NCBI GenBank assembly: GCA_963720565.1
Contig: CAVRFW010000009.1
Location: 32,001 to 96,000 of the forward strand
Direction: 5' to 3'
DNA from: Candidatus Bathyarchaeota archaeon
Lineage (GTDB): Archaea; Thermoproteota; Bathyarchaeia; Bathyarchaeales; Bathycorpusculaceae
DNA length: 64,000 nt
Positions 19,689-30,304 of the stretch are shown here, one piece after another. The notes under the pieces are model-generated. The model saw only the letters and a program-made list of their open reading frames with translations, ran no database searches and was not told the DNA's origin. A program made the translations under genes and the position numbers. Numbering within the stretch: position 1 is the first letter of the stretch; every line of letters begins with the position of its first letter.

Positions 19689-19879
19689 TTATTAAAATCT
19701 TGTTGTCTTGCTCGGCTCTTTTACCCATTAGCGCCCCTTTTTTCCGATTAATCGCAAGGAAAGCGCTCCAGCAGCGACGTCAAATAATTGAAGGTATTAC
19801 GAAGAAGAGAAACGTGTTACTGCACAGCTGAAATAACATAATGCTACGGTGGCAGGACGAGGATCATTTGAACATGTGT

Positions 19880-20665
19880 TTATGTTTTTCTAAATTTTGC
19901 AGCTCGGTTCGCGATCAATGTAGCCATGGCACCTGCAGCTACTCCGCCATCTATGTTAACAACAGCCAGCCCCAATGAACACGATTGAAGCATAGCCATT
20001 AGTGTACTTAATCCTTTTTCTCCGAAACCGTAGCTGTTTGAGGTGGGAACCGCAATTACAGGAACATCAACCATGCCCGCCACAACAGAGGGTAGTGCAC
20101 CTTCTCTTCCGGCGACTGTTACAACTATGTCGACATCTTTCATGATCATTTCTTTTAGAGGTTGCATTAGTCGGTGAATTCCAGCCACGCCCAGATCGTA
20201 TGCTGAATAGACTTCGCAGCCCATCTCTTCCGCAATCACCCGCACTTCTTCAGCAACAGGAATATCCGAAGTTCCCGCGGTCAAGAGCCCAATCCGGCCG
20301 CCGGTTTTCTTAATGACAAAGCCTTTCTTCTTGACAACAGCCATTTTTGCTTTGTCATATACTTTTATTACTGCGTCCTTTGGAACCGCGCTTTTAATGG
20401 CACGCATTTTCCTCCCGTCGCATCGACTAATTATCACTCTTCCGTTCTCTTCCAGCATCTTTAGAGAGATTCCGACAAGATCACTCGTCGATTTACCCTC
20501 AGCGAGAATAATTTCAGGGATGCCCTTTCTGCACTCTCGGTTAGCATCGATCCTCGCCAACTCCCCTACCTCTGCAACCGCGAGCACTCGCACAAGTTTC
20601 TCAGCTTCAGCGAGGGATAGCTCCTTTTTCGCAACCTTTTCCAATATCTCTTTTAGCGTGTACAT
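19880..20665 (-). CDS. larB: Nickel-pincer cofactor biosynthesis protein LarB
   Basis: GIPEIILAEGKS, TAGTSDIPVAEE, DLGVAGIHRL, VIAVPTS. Confidence 0.93.
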   Translation of the reverse strand: MYTLKEILEKVAKKELSLAEAEKLVRVLAVAEVGELARIDANRECRKGIPEIILAEGKSTSDLVGISLKMLEENGRVIISRCDGRKMRAIKSAVPKDAVIKVYDKAKMAVVKKKGFVIKKTGGRIGLLTAGTSDIPVAEEVRVIAEEMGCEVYSAYDLGVAGIHRLMQPLKEMIMKDVDIVVTVAGREGALPSVVAGMVDVPVIAVPTSNSYGFGEKGLSTLMAMLQSCSLGLAVVNIDGGVAAGAMATLIANRAAKFRKT

Positions 20666-20746
20666 TTTCAATTTACTTCTTGAAGACCGCAATTAATATA
20701 TCATTTACGCTTAATTTTTCATATCAAGCGTTTACGTGGAATCTAG

Positions 20747-21997
20747 ATGTCAGAAACTGGTAAAATAGTTTTTATTGATTGCCAAGTAGCCGGGATTTCT
20801 GGAGATATGTTTCTAGGCGCCCTAATAGATTTGGGAGCTGACGTTGGGAAGATCGTTTCTGCCATAAAATCCTTGGAATCTGGGGGCTACGGCTACAAAG
20901 ACATCAAAGTCGACATCAAACATGTCATGAGAAAAGGATTCAAGGCCACCAGAATTGATGTTACAGCGGAAAGCACATCGGAAAAAAATGCAAGGGAACT
21001 CATAGACATCGTAGAAAACACTGCAAAGAAGCTTAAGCTTTCTGAAAAGGCAAGCAAGTTCGCTTCAGATGTTATTCACACACTTGTCGAGTCGGAGACA
21101 AGTCTTCATCGCAAGAATCTGGAGGACGCCCATCTTCACGAAGTAGGTCTAGTCGATACAATCGCAGAAATAATCGGTTCTGCAGTCGCCATGGAAACTC
21201 TGGGACTGATCAACTCCAAAATTTACGCGTCACCTGTTTCTGTGGGCGGAGGTCTTTTCAAGTTTTCACATGGCACAATGTCCAGTCCAGCACCTGCAAC
21301 TCTATCGATATTCGCATCAAAGAATTTTCCGATAAAAGGCGGACCTGTAGAATCAGAACTAGCAACACCAACAGGAGCATCACTTCTGGTGAACTTGACG
21401 CAAGAAGTCAGTCGTTTCTATCCAGAGATGACTCCAAAAAAGGTGGGTTACGGTGCAGGATGCAAGGATTTTGAGGAAATGCCAAACATTCTCCGCATTA
21501 CCGTGGGTGAACCCTTAGATCACTGGCTATTGAAAGATGAGATAGCTATTCTCGAAACCAACCTTGACGATGTTACTGGTGAAATCGTCGGAAACTCGGT
21601 AGACACGTTGCTCCGTGAAGGCGCAAAGGACGTGAGCATAATCCCAATGTTCACAAAGAAGAATAGGCCTGGTCAAATTCTCAAGGTTGTGGCTGACCGA
21701 AAAGACGTTAAACACCTTTCAAGAGTTATTATGGAAGAAACAGGAACGCTGGGTGTAAGGGTGTACCCATGCGAAAGACACATTGTTAATAGAGAAAAAC
21801 TTCTGGTAAACGTGCAAATCGATGAAACCAAAGAGCGCGTCGCAGTGAAAGTTGCCAAAGATAATAGCGGCAAGATTATCCACATCAAACCCGAATACGA
21901 AGATGCAAAGAGAATAGCTGACAGAACAGGCAAACCCCTCAGAGAAATCATCGAGCTGGTGACAATGAAAGCCAGAGAAGTTCTGCTGAAAAAGTGA
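20747..21997 (+). CDS. larC: Nickel insertase LarC (full length, single ORF)
   Basis: AGISGDMFLGALID, HLHEVG, ELATPTGA, ETNLDD, TKKNRPG, KPEYED. Confidence 0.95.
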   Translation: MSETGKIVFIDCQVAGISGDMFLGALIDLGADVGKIVSAIKSLESGGYGYKDIKVDIKHVMRKGFKATRIDVTAESTSEKNARELIDIVENTAKKLKLSEKASKFASDVIHTLVESETSLHRKNLEDAHLHEVGLVDTIAEIIGSAVAMETLGLINSKIYASPVSVGGGLFKFSHGTMSSPAPATLSIFASKNFPIKGGPVESELATPTGASLLVNLTQEVSRFYPEMTPKKVGYGAGCKDFEEMPNILRITVGEPLDHWLLKDEIAILETNLDDVTGEIVGNSVDTLLREGAKDVSIIPMFTKKNRPGQILKVVADRKDVKHLSRVIMEETGTLGVRVYPCERHIVNREKLLVNVQIDETKERVAVKVAKDNSGKIIHIKPEYEDAKRIADRTGKPLREIIELVTMKAREVLLKK

Positions 21998-22823
21998 TTC
22001 TGATGAAGGTTCAAAACAGGAAACTTGGGGAACTAAAACGCTACATCAGAGAGAAAGGAAAAAACGGCGTTGTAGTAGCCTTCTCAGGAGGAGTCGACAG
22101 TTCAACACTGGCAGCCGTAAGTCACAGTATTCTAGGGGAGAAAGCAGTAGCTGTAACCGCAAAATCCCCAACATACACGCCTGAAGAGCTAACGGAAGCA
22201 AAGAAATTGGCAAAAGAAATTGGAATCCGACTGTATATCGTACACACCGACGAACTTTCAATTGAGAGTTTTTGTGCGAATCCCGAAAATCGTTGCTACT
22301 ACTGCAAACAAGAGCTCTTAAAACGCATTAAAGCAGTGGCGAACGAGCTCGGGTTCGAGACAGTCTTCGAAGGCACAAACTTCAGCGATTTAGCAGACCA
22401 CAGACCAGGCTTCAAAGCTGTTCAGGAAATGAAAAGTGTGCTCAGTCCTTGGGTAGATAACGAGTTCACAAAAGAGGAAATACGCGCACTTGCTGGAAAA
22501 ATAGGGCTCTCTGTCCAAAACAAACCGGCCTTGGCATGTTTGGCATCAAGGATACCTTACAACGAACGAATCACAGTTGTGAAACTGAGAGAATCGCAAG
22601 AGCAGAACGAACAATAAGAAGACTAACAGGTGTAAGGCAAATCAGAGTTAGAGATCACAATGGGCTAGCTAGAATTGAAGTTGGGAAAGACGAGAGAAAA
22701 CTGCTCACATCCGTTGAAATGATGAACAAAATAGTCGCGGGTTTGAAAAGACTCGGCTTCAAATACGTAACCATCGACCTAGAGGGTTACAGAACAGGGA
22801 GTCTACTCCACGCGTTGGAATAA
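21994..22823 (+). CDS. larE: ATP-dependent sulfur transferase LarE; frameshift near 22587
   Basis: AFSGGVDS, RCYYCK, DHRPG, ACLASRIP, then IRVRDH..ARIE..DLEGYRTGS in the next frame. Confidence 0.92.
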
Positions 22824-23146
22824 CCAATCTGGATCAAGTATGGACAATATATGGTTGGATTCAGCCAATTAGTTTGGTCATTATTATTTCGTTTATGTAT
22901 TTGCCCAATCTGAAACTTTTTTTTTGGAATTCTGCTACTCAGAATAACACTTCTACCGTATTTGATATTGAACTTCCTTGTAACTTTCCCCTTTTTCGTG
23001 TTAGAACCTCGCCTACTACTGTCAAGGATCCGCAAGCGCGCTCGAAACCTGAGGTTGGGCTAGTCAAAGAATAACTCGAGGAACTGACCGAAAAACCGTA
23101 GTTTCATATCTTTCTTTTTTCGGATTGCAGGTGTCTCAGAATACTT

Positions 23147-24406
23147 CTAATATCCTCCCTCTCTCTTAGGTTCAGCTATTCTGAAAACTGTGATAAGCAG
23201 CATCGGAATAGCCAGCGCCATTGTCAGGTAGAATGGTAACTGAGGGGTCAAGTTATAGAACAGGTTTCCCAACAGCATACCTGTTCCAGTAAGTATGTAA
23301 CCGACGAAGTTGACTCCCCCATTGATTTTTCCTCGTTTTTGGGGCTCAACTAGGCATGCAGAAATAGCCATGGCTGAAGACATCATGAGAAGATGCACTA
23401 TGCCCATTAATGCCATTGAAACCATAACGGTGTATATGTTGCCCACGACGAACAGCAGCAACGAAACAACAAGCAGTAATGGCCCAATGGCTAGCGGAAG
23501 TTTCATGCTTACTCTGTCAACTATTTTTCCAATAGGATAAGAAGCCACAATCATAGTTAGAAGCATTGGAATGTAAGCTAGGAACCACTGATCCTGCGCG
23601 ATTCCCAACACATCTCTAGCATACAACGCGTTTATGACGTTTGTCAACGCAAAGGAGAACATGGTTATCACTTGAACTACAAACAGCCAGGAAACGGTTC
23701 GTGGAACGGCCTTCCACACACCCAAGCTTTCTTTGATAGCTTGTGGATAGTATGAGACAAAGTACTTGAACCGCATCTTCTCCGTATTCACGATAGTTTC
23801 CTTAAGTTTCATCCGCCAAAAAGCCGCTGCAATGAACAAGACCATTACGACCATGTAGACAGCTTGCATGCCTCCAATCAAACCGAGGGTAACAACCAGA
23901 ATTCCTCCGATTACAGTTCCAGGTGTGTTGAAGGTGCCGTGAATCATTTGAATAATCGAAGACCCTACTCCCCTATTTTCTGGCGGAAGAGAGTCCTGCA
24001 CCATCGCAAACAGTGCTGGCTGATAAATCAGACAGAGACTCTGTATTATTGTGCCAATTAATATCAGGTGCCACGGTGACGTGAAAGTCCAAAAAGGCGC
24101 AATTGCGAAAAATAGGTAAGACACTGCTAATCCGAAGGTCATTGTCGTGATAAGCCAACGTCGACCGAACTTGTCGGCAAGGAAGCCGCCTGGAACAGCC
24201 ACAAATGCCATGGCAAAATAGTTGGCGAAACCAATTATTCCTAAAGCCAATGGAAACGCGTTTCCGCCCAAAGCATCAACATATTGCTGATAGTAAGGAA
24301 CAGGCATCTCCATTCCTATGTCCATCAGTATCCAACTCACAACGAGAATTAGGTAGTTACCTCCTACGAAAGAAAACTCGCGTTTGAGAAGGCTCCGTAG
24401 TCCCAT
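23147..24406 (-). CDS. MFS transporter
   Basis: About 12 TM helices, GFLADKFGRR motif A; likely start MGLRSL. Confidence 0.9.
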   Translation of the reverse strand: MGLRSLLKREFSFVGGNYLILVVSWILMDIGMEMPVPYYQQYVDALGGNAFPLALGIIGFANYFAMAFVAVPGGFLADKFGRRWLITTMTFGLAVSYLFFAIAPFWTFTSPWHLILIGTIIQSLCLIYQPALFAMVQDSLPPENRGVGSSIIQMIHGTFNTPGTVIGGILVVTLGLIGGMQAVYMVVMVLFIAAAFWRMKLKETIVNTEKMRFKYFVSYYPQAIKESLGVWKAVPRTVSWLFVVQVITMFSFALTNVINALYARDVLGIAQDQWFLAYIPMLLTMIVASYPIGKIVDRVSMKLPLAIGPLLLVVSLLLFVVGNIYTVMVSMALMGIVHLLMMSSAMAISACLVEPQKRGKINGGVNFVGYILTGTGMLLGNLFYNLTPQLPFYLTMALAIPMLLITVFRIAEPKREGGY

Positions 24407-24567
24407 TTTGTTCTCTCTTTTCTGGAGACATGAGGGACGCCAATTTAAGCCTTGAGTCTTGACCTCTAAGACAAGAAACAAGATGTTTAGCCTAACGCAA
24501 CTATGGCGGACGAAAAACAGCGAGATACTGCGCTCGCTGTAAATAGGTGATTCTTCAGTTTCGTTTC

Positions 24568-25050
24568 TCAACCTTTTTGCATGTACTCAAGAGTTTTCTT
24601 GTATAGGTACTCAAAGTGTTCGCCAAAGGTCTTGTCTTTTCTTTCTTTTCTCATAACTATTATCCAAGGTTGGAGTTTTGTCCAATTTGAAATAATATAC
24701 GCCCCTAGTCGGTCAACAATTACGTCAATGTCCACCAACTTCTTGGAAATCAAGAAGCCAACTTCTTCGAAGAAAGCTTCGACCTGGTATAGGTAATCAT
24801 TGGTCTCGAAATTCTCCTCTACCTCGAGCTTGTACTTTTCTAAACTCTCGAACTGAAAGTCCTTTTCAACCCACCTAAAGGCTTTGCGAAGCTCGTCTTT
24901 TTCTGCCCATTCAAATAGCCTCATGGAAATCTCCAAATCCTTGTGTTTGTCCATGTGTCTAAGTTCGATAATAAAGAATACCGCTGCAGTAATACCTGCC
25001 AAAGCAGAAAGAATAGCTGCTCCCTCAATTATTGTTACCAATGAAACCAC
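24568..25050 (-). CDS. DUF4760-like protein with N-terminal TM helix
   Basis: FFEEVGFLI...W..LQPWI...FEYLY pattern. Confidence 0.65.
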   Translation of the reverse strand: MVSLVTIIEGAAILSALAGITAAVFFIIELRHMDKHKDLEISMRLFEWAEKDELRKAFRWVEKDFQFESLEKYKLEVEENFETNDYLYQVEAFFEEVGFLISKKLVDIDVIVDRLGAYIISNWTKLQPWIIVMRKERKDKTFGEHFEYLYKKTLEYMQKG

Positions 25051-25234
25051 CTGAATTTGCTTGTTTTCTTGGGCAGGCCCGAATATTTTAGCATTACTGC
25101 TATTTGCCTACACTGCGGATGCTAGTTGGAACATGGTGCTAATCCATTTTGTGAGGCAAGAATCATTGGGTGCTACGATCTCCTCGGCTTTATCTCTCTA
25201 ATTATGCAACATTATTGCGGATATTCTGTTCCGG

Positions 25235-26150
25235 TTAGTGCACTTTCAAGTGCGTGCTCCGAACTCGCGGGTCTCTACTTGCTATTTCAAGTGCTTTGAA
25301 TGCGCTTTTTTCTTTGTCTTTTATCTCCAGCATTATATCGAAATCAAAAGGTTCAGTTTGTTTCAGGAACAGCCTAAAATCTTCTTCGTCAATTGTTTCA
25401 GCATGTTGTCTTGGCAATCCGCCCGGTTCTTGAGAACTGTAGTCTACCATTGGAATACCATCTCGTTTTTCGTTCCACGTTTTTTCAGAAAGTTCAAGAG
25501 CCTTTCTCTTCTATTTGCATCGAGTTGTTGATCTTGTGGTGAAAGGCATCAAAAAGAACCGGAATATGTATCTGCGCACTTATGTTGAGACAATCATTCA
25601 GATTATACATTTTGTCATCATTCTCTATTACTAAGCGTTTCTGCGTTGAACTGTCAAGGTCGTGGAATCTGGATACAAACCTTTCGAGGCTTCTTTTTTT
25701 GTCTTCATAGACTCCGCCGACGTGTATTTGAATTTTTGAAGAAGCATCCAGTTTCATCAAGTCAAATATGTCAGCATGGTACTTGAGTTCCTTTTCACTT
25801 CGTTCAAAGATTTCTTCTCTAATGGAGTTGATTAGGGTAAACTGGTCTGGATGCATCGATACTCGCATTCTGTTTCTGACAATGAATTCGCCGATTCTCT
25901 CAAAATCACCTTTGAAATGTTCTTGCCAGTCAAAATTGTTAATTGGATGCGAAGCAAAGGGAACTATGTCTGAGGTTATTCTAAAGAAAAGTAGATCATG
26001 CTCAACGTTAAATTTGAGTATTCTTTGCAGGCAGATCAAATTGTTCTTAACGGTTTGTTTAATCCGGCTCTCAGAATAGGATTTCAGCCGGAAAGTCCTG
26101 CCTGAGCTGCAACCAACCGTCAGATTGATGCAGGGATAGCCAATTCTCAT
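25235..26150 (-). CDS. uvsE: UV damage endonuclease UvsE; frameshift near 25502
   Basis: MRIGYPCIN, PFASHP, SMHPDQF, IENDD, FDAFHH, then IPMVDYSSQ..HA..IMLEIKDKE in the next frame. Confidence 0.9.
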
Positions 26151-26250
26151 TTTTCCATCGTGCCTCTAACTCGTCTTCATCTACTTTGCTAGTCGCTTCT
26201 ATTGAAGGTTTTAGAAGAAACTGAATTAGTAACTTCTTTCTCCGCCTACC

Positions 26251-26276
26251 AAAAAAAGATGGGGCTTGATTGCCCC
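26251..26276 (-). terminator. Hairpin plus T-tract after the ATP-cone gene
   Basis: GGGGC-N6-GCCCC followed by T7 on the minus strand. Confidence 0.55.
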
Positions 26277-26525
26277 TCAGTTTTTCTTTGCTGGTTTTTT
26301 ATAGTTCTTGTAGGCTTCTGCAGCCTTTGCGTCAAGTGGGGTGAGTTCAACAATAACCCATCGCCTTATGAGGACAGTCGTCGTACCGGACTTCACCTTG
26401 CCTGCGATTTTGCCGGCGACCTTTTCTGCATGTTCCTCTTTAGCTCCAGCCTTCTTGACAGAAGCCTTCAGTTTTTCTTTGTCAAAATCTTCAGAGCGCT
26501 TCTTCACTTTCACCAAAGAAATCAC
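26277..26525 (-). CDS. Stand-alone ATP-cone domain protein
   Basis: VKKR-SEDFDKEKLKASVKKAG...TT..IR..V..EL...AAEAY. Confidence 0.75.
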   Translation of the reverse strand: MISLVKVKKRSEDFDKEKLKASVKKAGAKEEHAEKVAGKIAGKVKSGTTTVLIRRWVIVELTPLDAKAAEAYKNYKKPAKKN

Positions 26526-26680
26526 TGTAACTATGTATCTTTCAAGCTAATTTAAGACTTTTCACATGCAACAGTCTGTCCTGCTTTTGCTATCATGAAA
26601 AGAAGACAGGTTGCGTAATCTATTCAAGCTTACCAGAATGACAACGCTTCAAAAAAAGGAAGGAGGAAAGAGCTAAGGGT

Positions 26681-27343
26681 TTACGATTGTCTGTCTTGCG
26701 CTTTGAGGCTTGAGGCGTTTGTTGCGAATCCAGAGGGCAATTCTGGAAAGTTCGCAGTTACTTTTTGTTCAGCTACCGCCGCTGCCTCTGCGAGTATTTT
26801 GGCTGTGTCTTCATTGACATTGTTGAAGTTCATTGTCATTCCAGCTCCTGATCCTGCGTCAAACATTATTCCACTGAGCATGTTGCCGATTTCGCCGAGT
26901 TCACTCTCTGCCTCGGGAATTACTCCCGGGATGCATGAACCAACGGACCTAAGAACGCCTATGGCTGGCGCTAGGTTCGCTACCAAATCGCCGAATTCAG
27001 TGCATGTTCTAAGTCTCAGCATAACTTGATCAAGGGCAAGTCTTGCGTTCATTGTTAGCTTCGCCATTTTGCGTACTTCAGCGAGCTCGTTTGCGTAGAT
27101 GTTTGCGTGGGCTGTGTCATGTTTGGTGTAGGCGTCCACAAGTTTTGAAAAAAGCACTTTGTCTTTCTGGTTGAAGCGTTCGGATGCGCGGTCCATGCTG
27201 GCTAACTGAATCTCCAAGCGCTTAGTTGCGTAGTCCAAGCGAGGTTTTAGAGCTGGGGCTGGACTAATCGACCCCTTCAAGCTATCTGTGAACGAAGTCT
27301 TTTCTTTTTTGCTTTCCCATTTCTTAGCAAAACGTTCAGACAA
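26681..27343 (-). CDS. cdvB: ESCRT-III / CdvB-like (Snf7 family) protein
   Basis: ANIYANELAEVRKM..ARLALDQVMLRLRT..FGD..LAPA..IPEAE..ILAEA..FPELP. Confidence 0.85.
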   Translation of the reverse strand: MSERFAKKWESKKEKTSFTDSLKGSISPAPALKPRLDYATKRLEIQLASMDRASERFNQKDKVLFSKLVDAYTKHDTAHANIYANELAEVRKMAKLTMNARLALDQVMLRLRTCTEFGDLVANLAPAIGVLRSVGSCIPGVIPEAESELGEIGNMLSGIMFDAGSGAGMTMNFNNVNEDTAKILAEAAAVAEQKVTANFPELPSGFATNASSLKAQDRQS

Positions 27344-27774
27344 GTTAACATCCTCACGAACGAAAAACTACACACGATGTACTTATGCATTATTAACATG
27401 AGTCAAATACGCAGGTATATACGTTTGAATCTCAGGCTCGAAATTTACCTCAAAAATCATTTTCGTTGGACTTTGCGCACGATTTCATAAACACCTGAAT
27501 GAGCACGCAGCTGTCAGCAAGATTAATGAACGTCGAGATCAAGGTTGAGTTGAGCTGGAAAGGCACAACCTGTCCCAGACACTCAGCCTGCTTCGCCCAT
27601 TACTCCCAGAATGAAGTCGTTGCTCTTGGCGAAAACAGACTATTTTGAGAACAAGGAAGATTGTATGTCTAAAAACGAGCTTGAAACCTTCATCGTACTC
27701 TTGCACATCTATTCATGGCGCTGCAAAGCAAAAGTAGTGAGTACGACAGTGGCAAACTTCGAGTGTAGCTTCTC

Positions 27775-29661
27775 TTAGGTCTTTTCAAGCTTCCCACGTA
27801 TCTTGTCTATGGCGTTGTCGACTTCGCCCAGTCCTAGCTCCCAAAGAGTTTCCGATTTGGGTATGCCTGTTTCGTCCCAACCGGCTTGTTTGTAGTATTC
27901 GCGCACGTTCTTGTGTACTCTGTCTCTATTGGTGGTTTTCCCCTTGTAAGGTCCTGAGGGCAAGGGCTCATAGAATCTGCTCGGATTGTCGTCATCAAAT
28001 TTTGGGTTCCACGTCAAGTCTGGTCCTCCCAAAAGCAGTAGTGCTCTTTGTATCTGCAGAGTTTTTAGTCCCCCTCTGTTGCCCATTTTTTGCGATTCAA
28101 ACTGAGCCCTGTGACTGCGTTGTAGAATTCGAACTTGAAATCCTTAGCCAAACCAAACGTGTTAAAATTGCATATGACAGCTGAATCATTGAAAATTTCC
28201 CATATTTCGCTGTCAACTCCTTCAAAAGGCAGACCAGCCAATGAAGTGTGATCACCACACTGCACAGAACACGCATAGCCAATGTCTGTTACAAAACTTT
28301 TGCCGCTTCGAATTCCATGAGCCCCAAGTCCTATTCCTTTGCTTTGTATTGCATACTGCAACACTTCTCTATTTTTCATCTTTCCTATACGCAGAGCTGC
28401 CCGATAGGTCCCCTCAGCCAACAAATCACCTATTCCATCTCTTGCCGCAATTTTTCTCGTTAGAGCCGCAAAAGCCTCAGTGTCGCCCCATTTCAATTCT
28501 ATTCCATCCAAGTCTTCCTTGGATAGAATACCTCTCTGGAACAGTTCAGCGGCAAAACCCAAGACGTTACCAGTTTGGATGCCACACAAGCCCAGGTCAT
28601 CAACAAGCGAAGACAAGAACACGTTCTCTTCAGGAACAAACACGCCCAAATTGGGGCCAAGATATGCCTGCAATTCATAATCCGGATTATCAGTAATTGC
28701 GCCTTTGAATCTTCCCACTTTTACGTAGGCTATTTTCAGGCAGTTTGTGGGACAGCCAAAATCGCTCCAGGCTTGCTTCACCCAAACTCGGTTTTCAAAC
28801 TGGTCTACACCATAACCCTTGTTGTTATGCCATTCCTCCTGCCAGTTCCGGACCGGCTCAGAGCTCGTTTTTGCACCGAAAGTGTAGCCGCCTCCGCCAG
28901 TGCCCCACCTCCGCCACAACACTTTGTCGTAGGCATTTCTGTTCACAAGGTTAATCATCTCTTTGACCCTTTCTTAGGTCAGCTATCTCGGGCAAAGGAC
29001 CAGTTCCCTTAACTGCAATCGCCTTGAGCCTTTTTGAGCCCATGACAGCCCCGTAGCCGCCGTAGCCGGCTGCATGTGTCCATTTGGCTACCACTATGGC
29101 CGTTCGGACTTTGTTCTCCCCTGCGGGTCCGATATAAAGCGACGCCGGTTCTTTCCAAGCCCCGTAAGGCTTGTATCGTTGATCCAGCAGGCGCCTGCAT
29201 TCCTTGACAAGTCGTGTGTTCGTTTCTTTGCCATCTTTTCCCCACATATTTTCCGCGTTTCTGATCTCCACGTCCGAGTCCTTTATGAAAAGGTAGACGG
29301 GTCTTTCTGCCTGCCCCGTTACGATTATGCCATCGTAGCCGGCGCATCGCAACTCGACCCCGAATTCTCCCGCAACTGTAGAACCGACAACTCCATTGCT
29401 CTGCGGAGACTTGGCTGAGACGCAGACTCTTCCTCCCGGGAAAAAACCAGTTAGCGGTCCAGCTAGAAAAACAAGTACATTATCTGCCCCTAGGGGGTCT
29501 GTTTCCTCCCACTTGTCGATTAACCTGTCGCAGAGAATTTTTGCAGCCAGTCCTCTTCCTCCTAAATAGTCCTTTAGCAGTGCTTCATCAAATCTGGTTT
29601 CCTTCATGTTGCCGCTTGAAAGATCAACTTCCAAGAATTTCCCTGTGTAACCTAGAATCAG
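27775..29661 (-). CDS. Tungsten-containing aldehyde:ferredoxin oxidoreductase family, WOR5-like large subunit; indels near 28975 and 28085
   Basis: GYTGKFLEVDLS, YLGGRGL, SPQSNG, GAVMGSKRLKA, SSEPVRNWQEE, PDYELQAY, LLLGGPD..PLPSGP. Three ORF pieces are collinear; start codon uncertain. Confidence 0.88.
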
Positions 29662-30197
29662 AGGAATTCCTCCGCTTTTTCACCATAGAGTTTCGTGGCA
29701 AGGTTTGCAGTTGTCTCTTCCGGAGTGCGCGCATAGAGCTTGTACGCATGGCCTTCTCTTTCAACGGTTTTGAGAACTTCCCATCCCCCTTCTTGACAGA
29801 CTTTGGTGCATTCTGGATCACCCTCACAAAGGTCACAGATAACTGCTTTCTTCTTGGTGGGGTGAATGTGGGGAATTCTTCCCGGACAAGCTGCTATGCA
29901 TTTTCCGCAACCAGTGCATTTTTCTTCGTTGACCAAAACGGCGCTGGTTTTCCTGCTTACTGATAAAGCCTCGAAGGGGCAGTCTTTGACACAAGGGTAA
30001 TCTTCGCATTGTGTACATAGGTGAGGAAAATCCGATCCCGGAACTAGCATAAATACTCGTACACGAGATGCCTCAGGCCAAATCCTGTTCTCATGATGAA
30101 GCGAACATGCAATCTCACATTTTCTGCACCCACTGCATTTGGAAAGGTCCCGAGCTATCCAAATAGGCTTAGTTTTTGTTTCTGCCAACTCCGCCAT
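29658..30197 (-). CDS. Polyferredoxin small subunit (WOR5-S / DmsB-like)
   Basis: CSGCRKCEIAC, CTQCEDYPCVKDCP, CTGCGKCIAACP, CDLCEGDPEC; IWPEASRVRV. Confidence 0.9.
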   Translation of the reverse strand: MAELAETKTKPIWIARDLSKCSGCRKCEIACSLHHENRIWPEASRVRVFMLVPGSDFPHLCTQCEDYPCVKDCPFEALSVSRKTSAVLVNEEKCTGCGKCIAACPGRIPHIHPTKKKAVICDLCEGDPECTKVCQEGGWEVLKTVEREGHAYKLYARTPEETTANLATKLYGEKAEEFL

Positions 30198-30304
30198 CCT
30201 CTTGTGCTAAGAACATTCGCCCTCACCAATTATTTAGAATTTCTCCGTAAATTAAACTTCCAATTAAGCAAGAAGGTAAAGAACCCAAAGTGAGGATTTG
30301 CTGA

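Noticed and set aside
22500..22620. Programmed frameshift in larE, by analogy with split larC genes
   Set aside because: No slippery heptamer seen and many unrelated genes carry similar indels; assembly error is simpler.
22787..23074. Short ORFs between larE and the MFS gene
   Set aside because: Overlapping on both strands with no motifs; likely spurious in a convergent intergenic region.
27344..27774. Long intergenic region with a 55-codon plus-strand ORF starting at 27611
   Set aside because: No SD, no motif, no evident RNA structure; cannot be supported.
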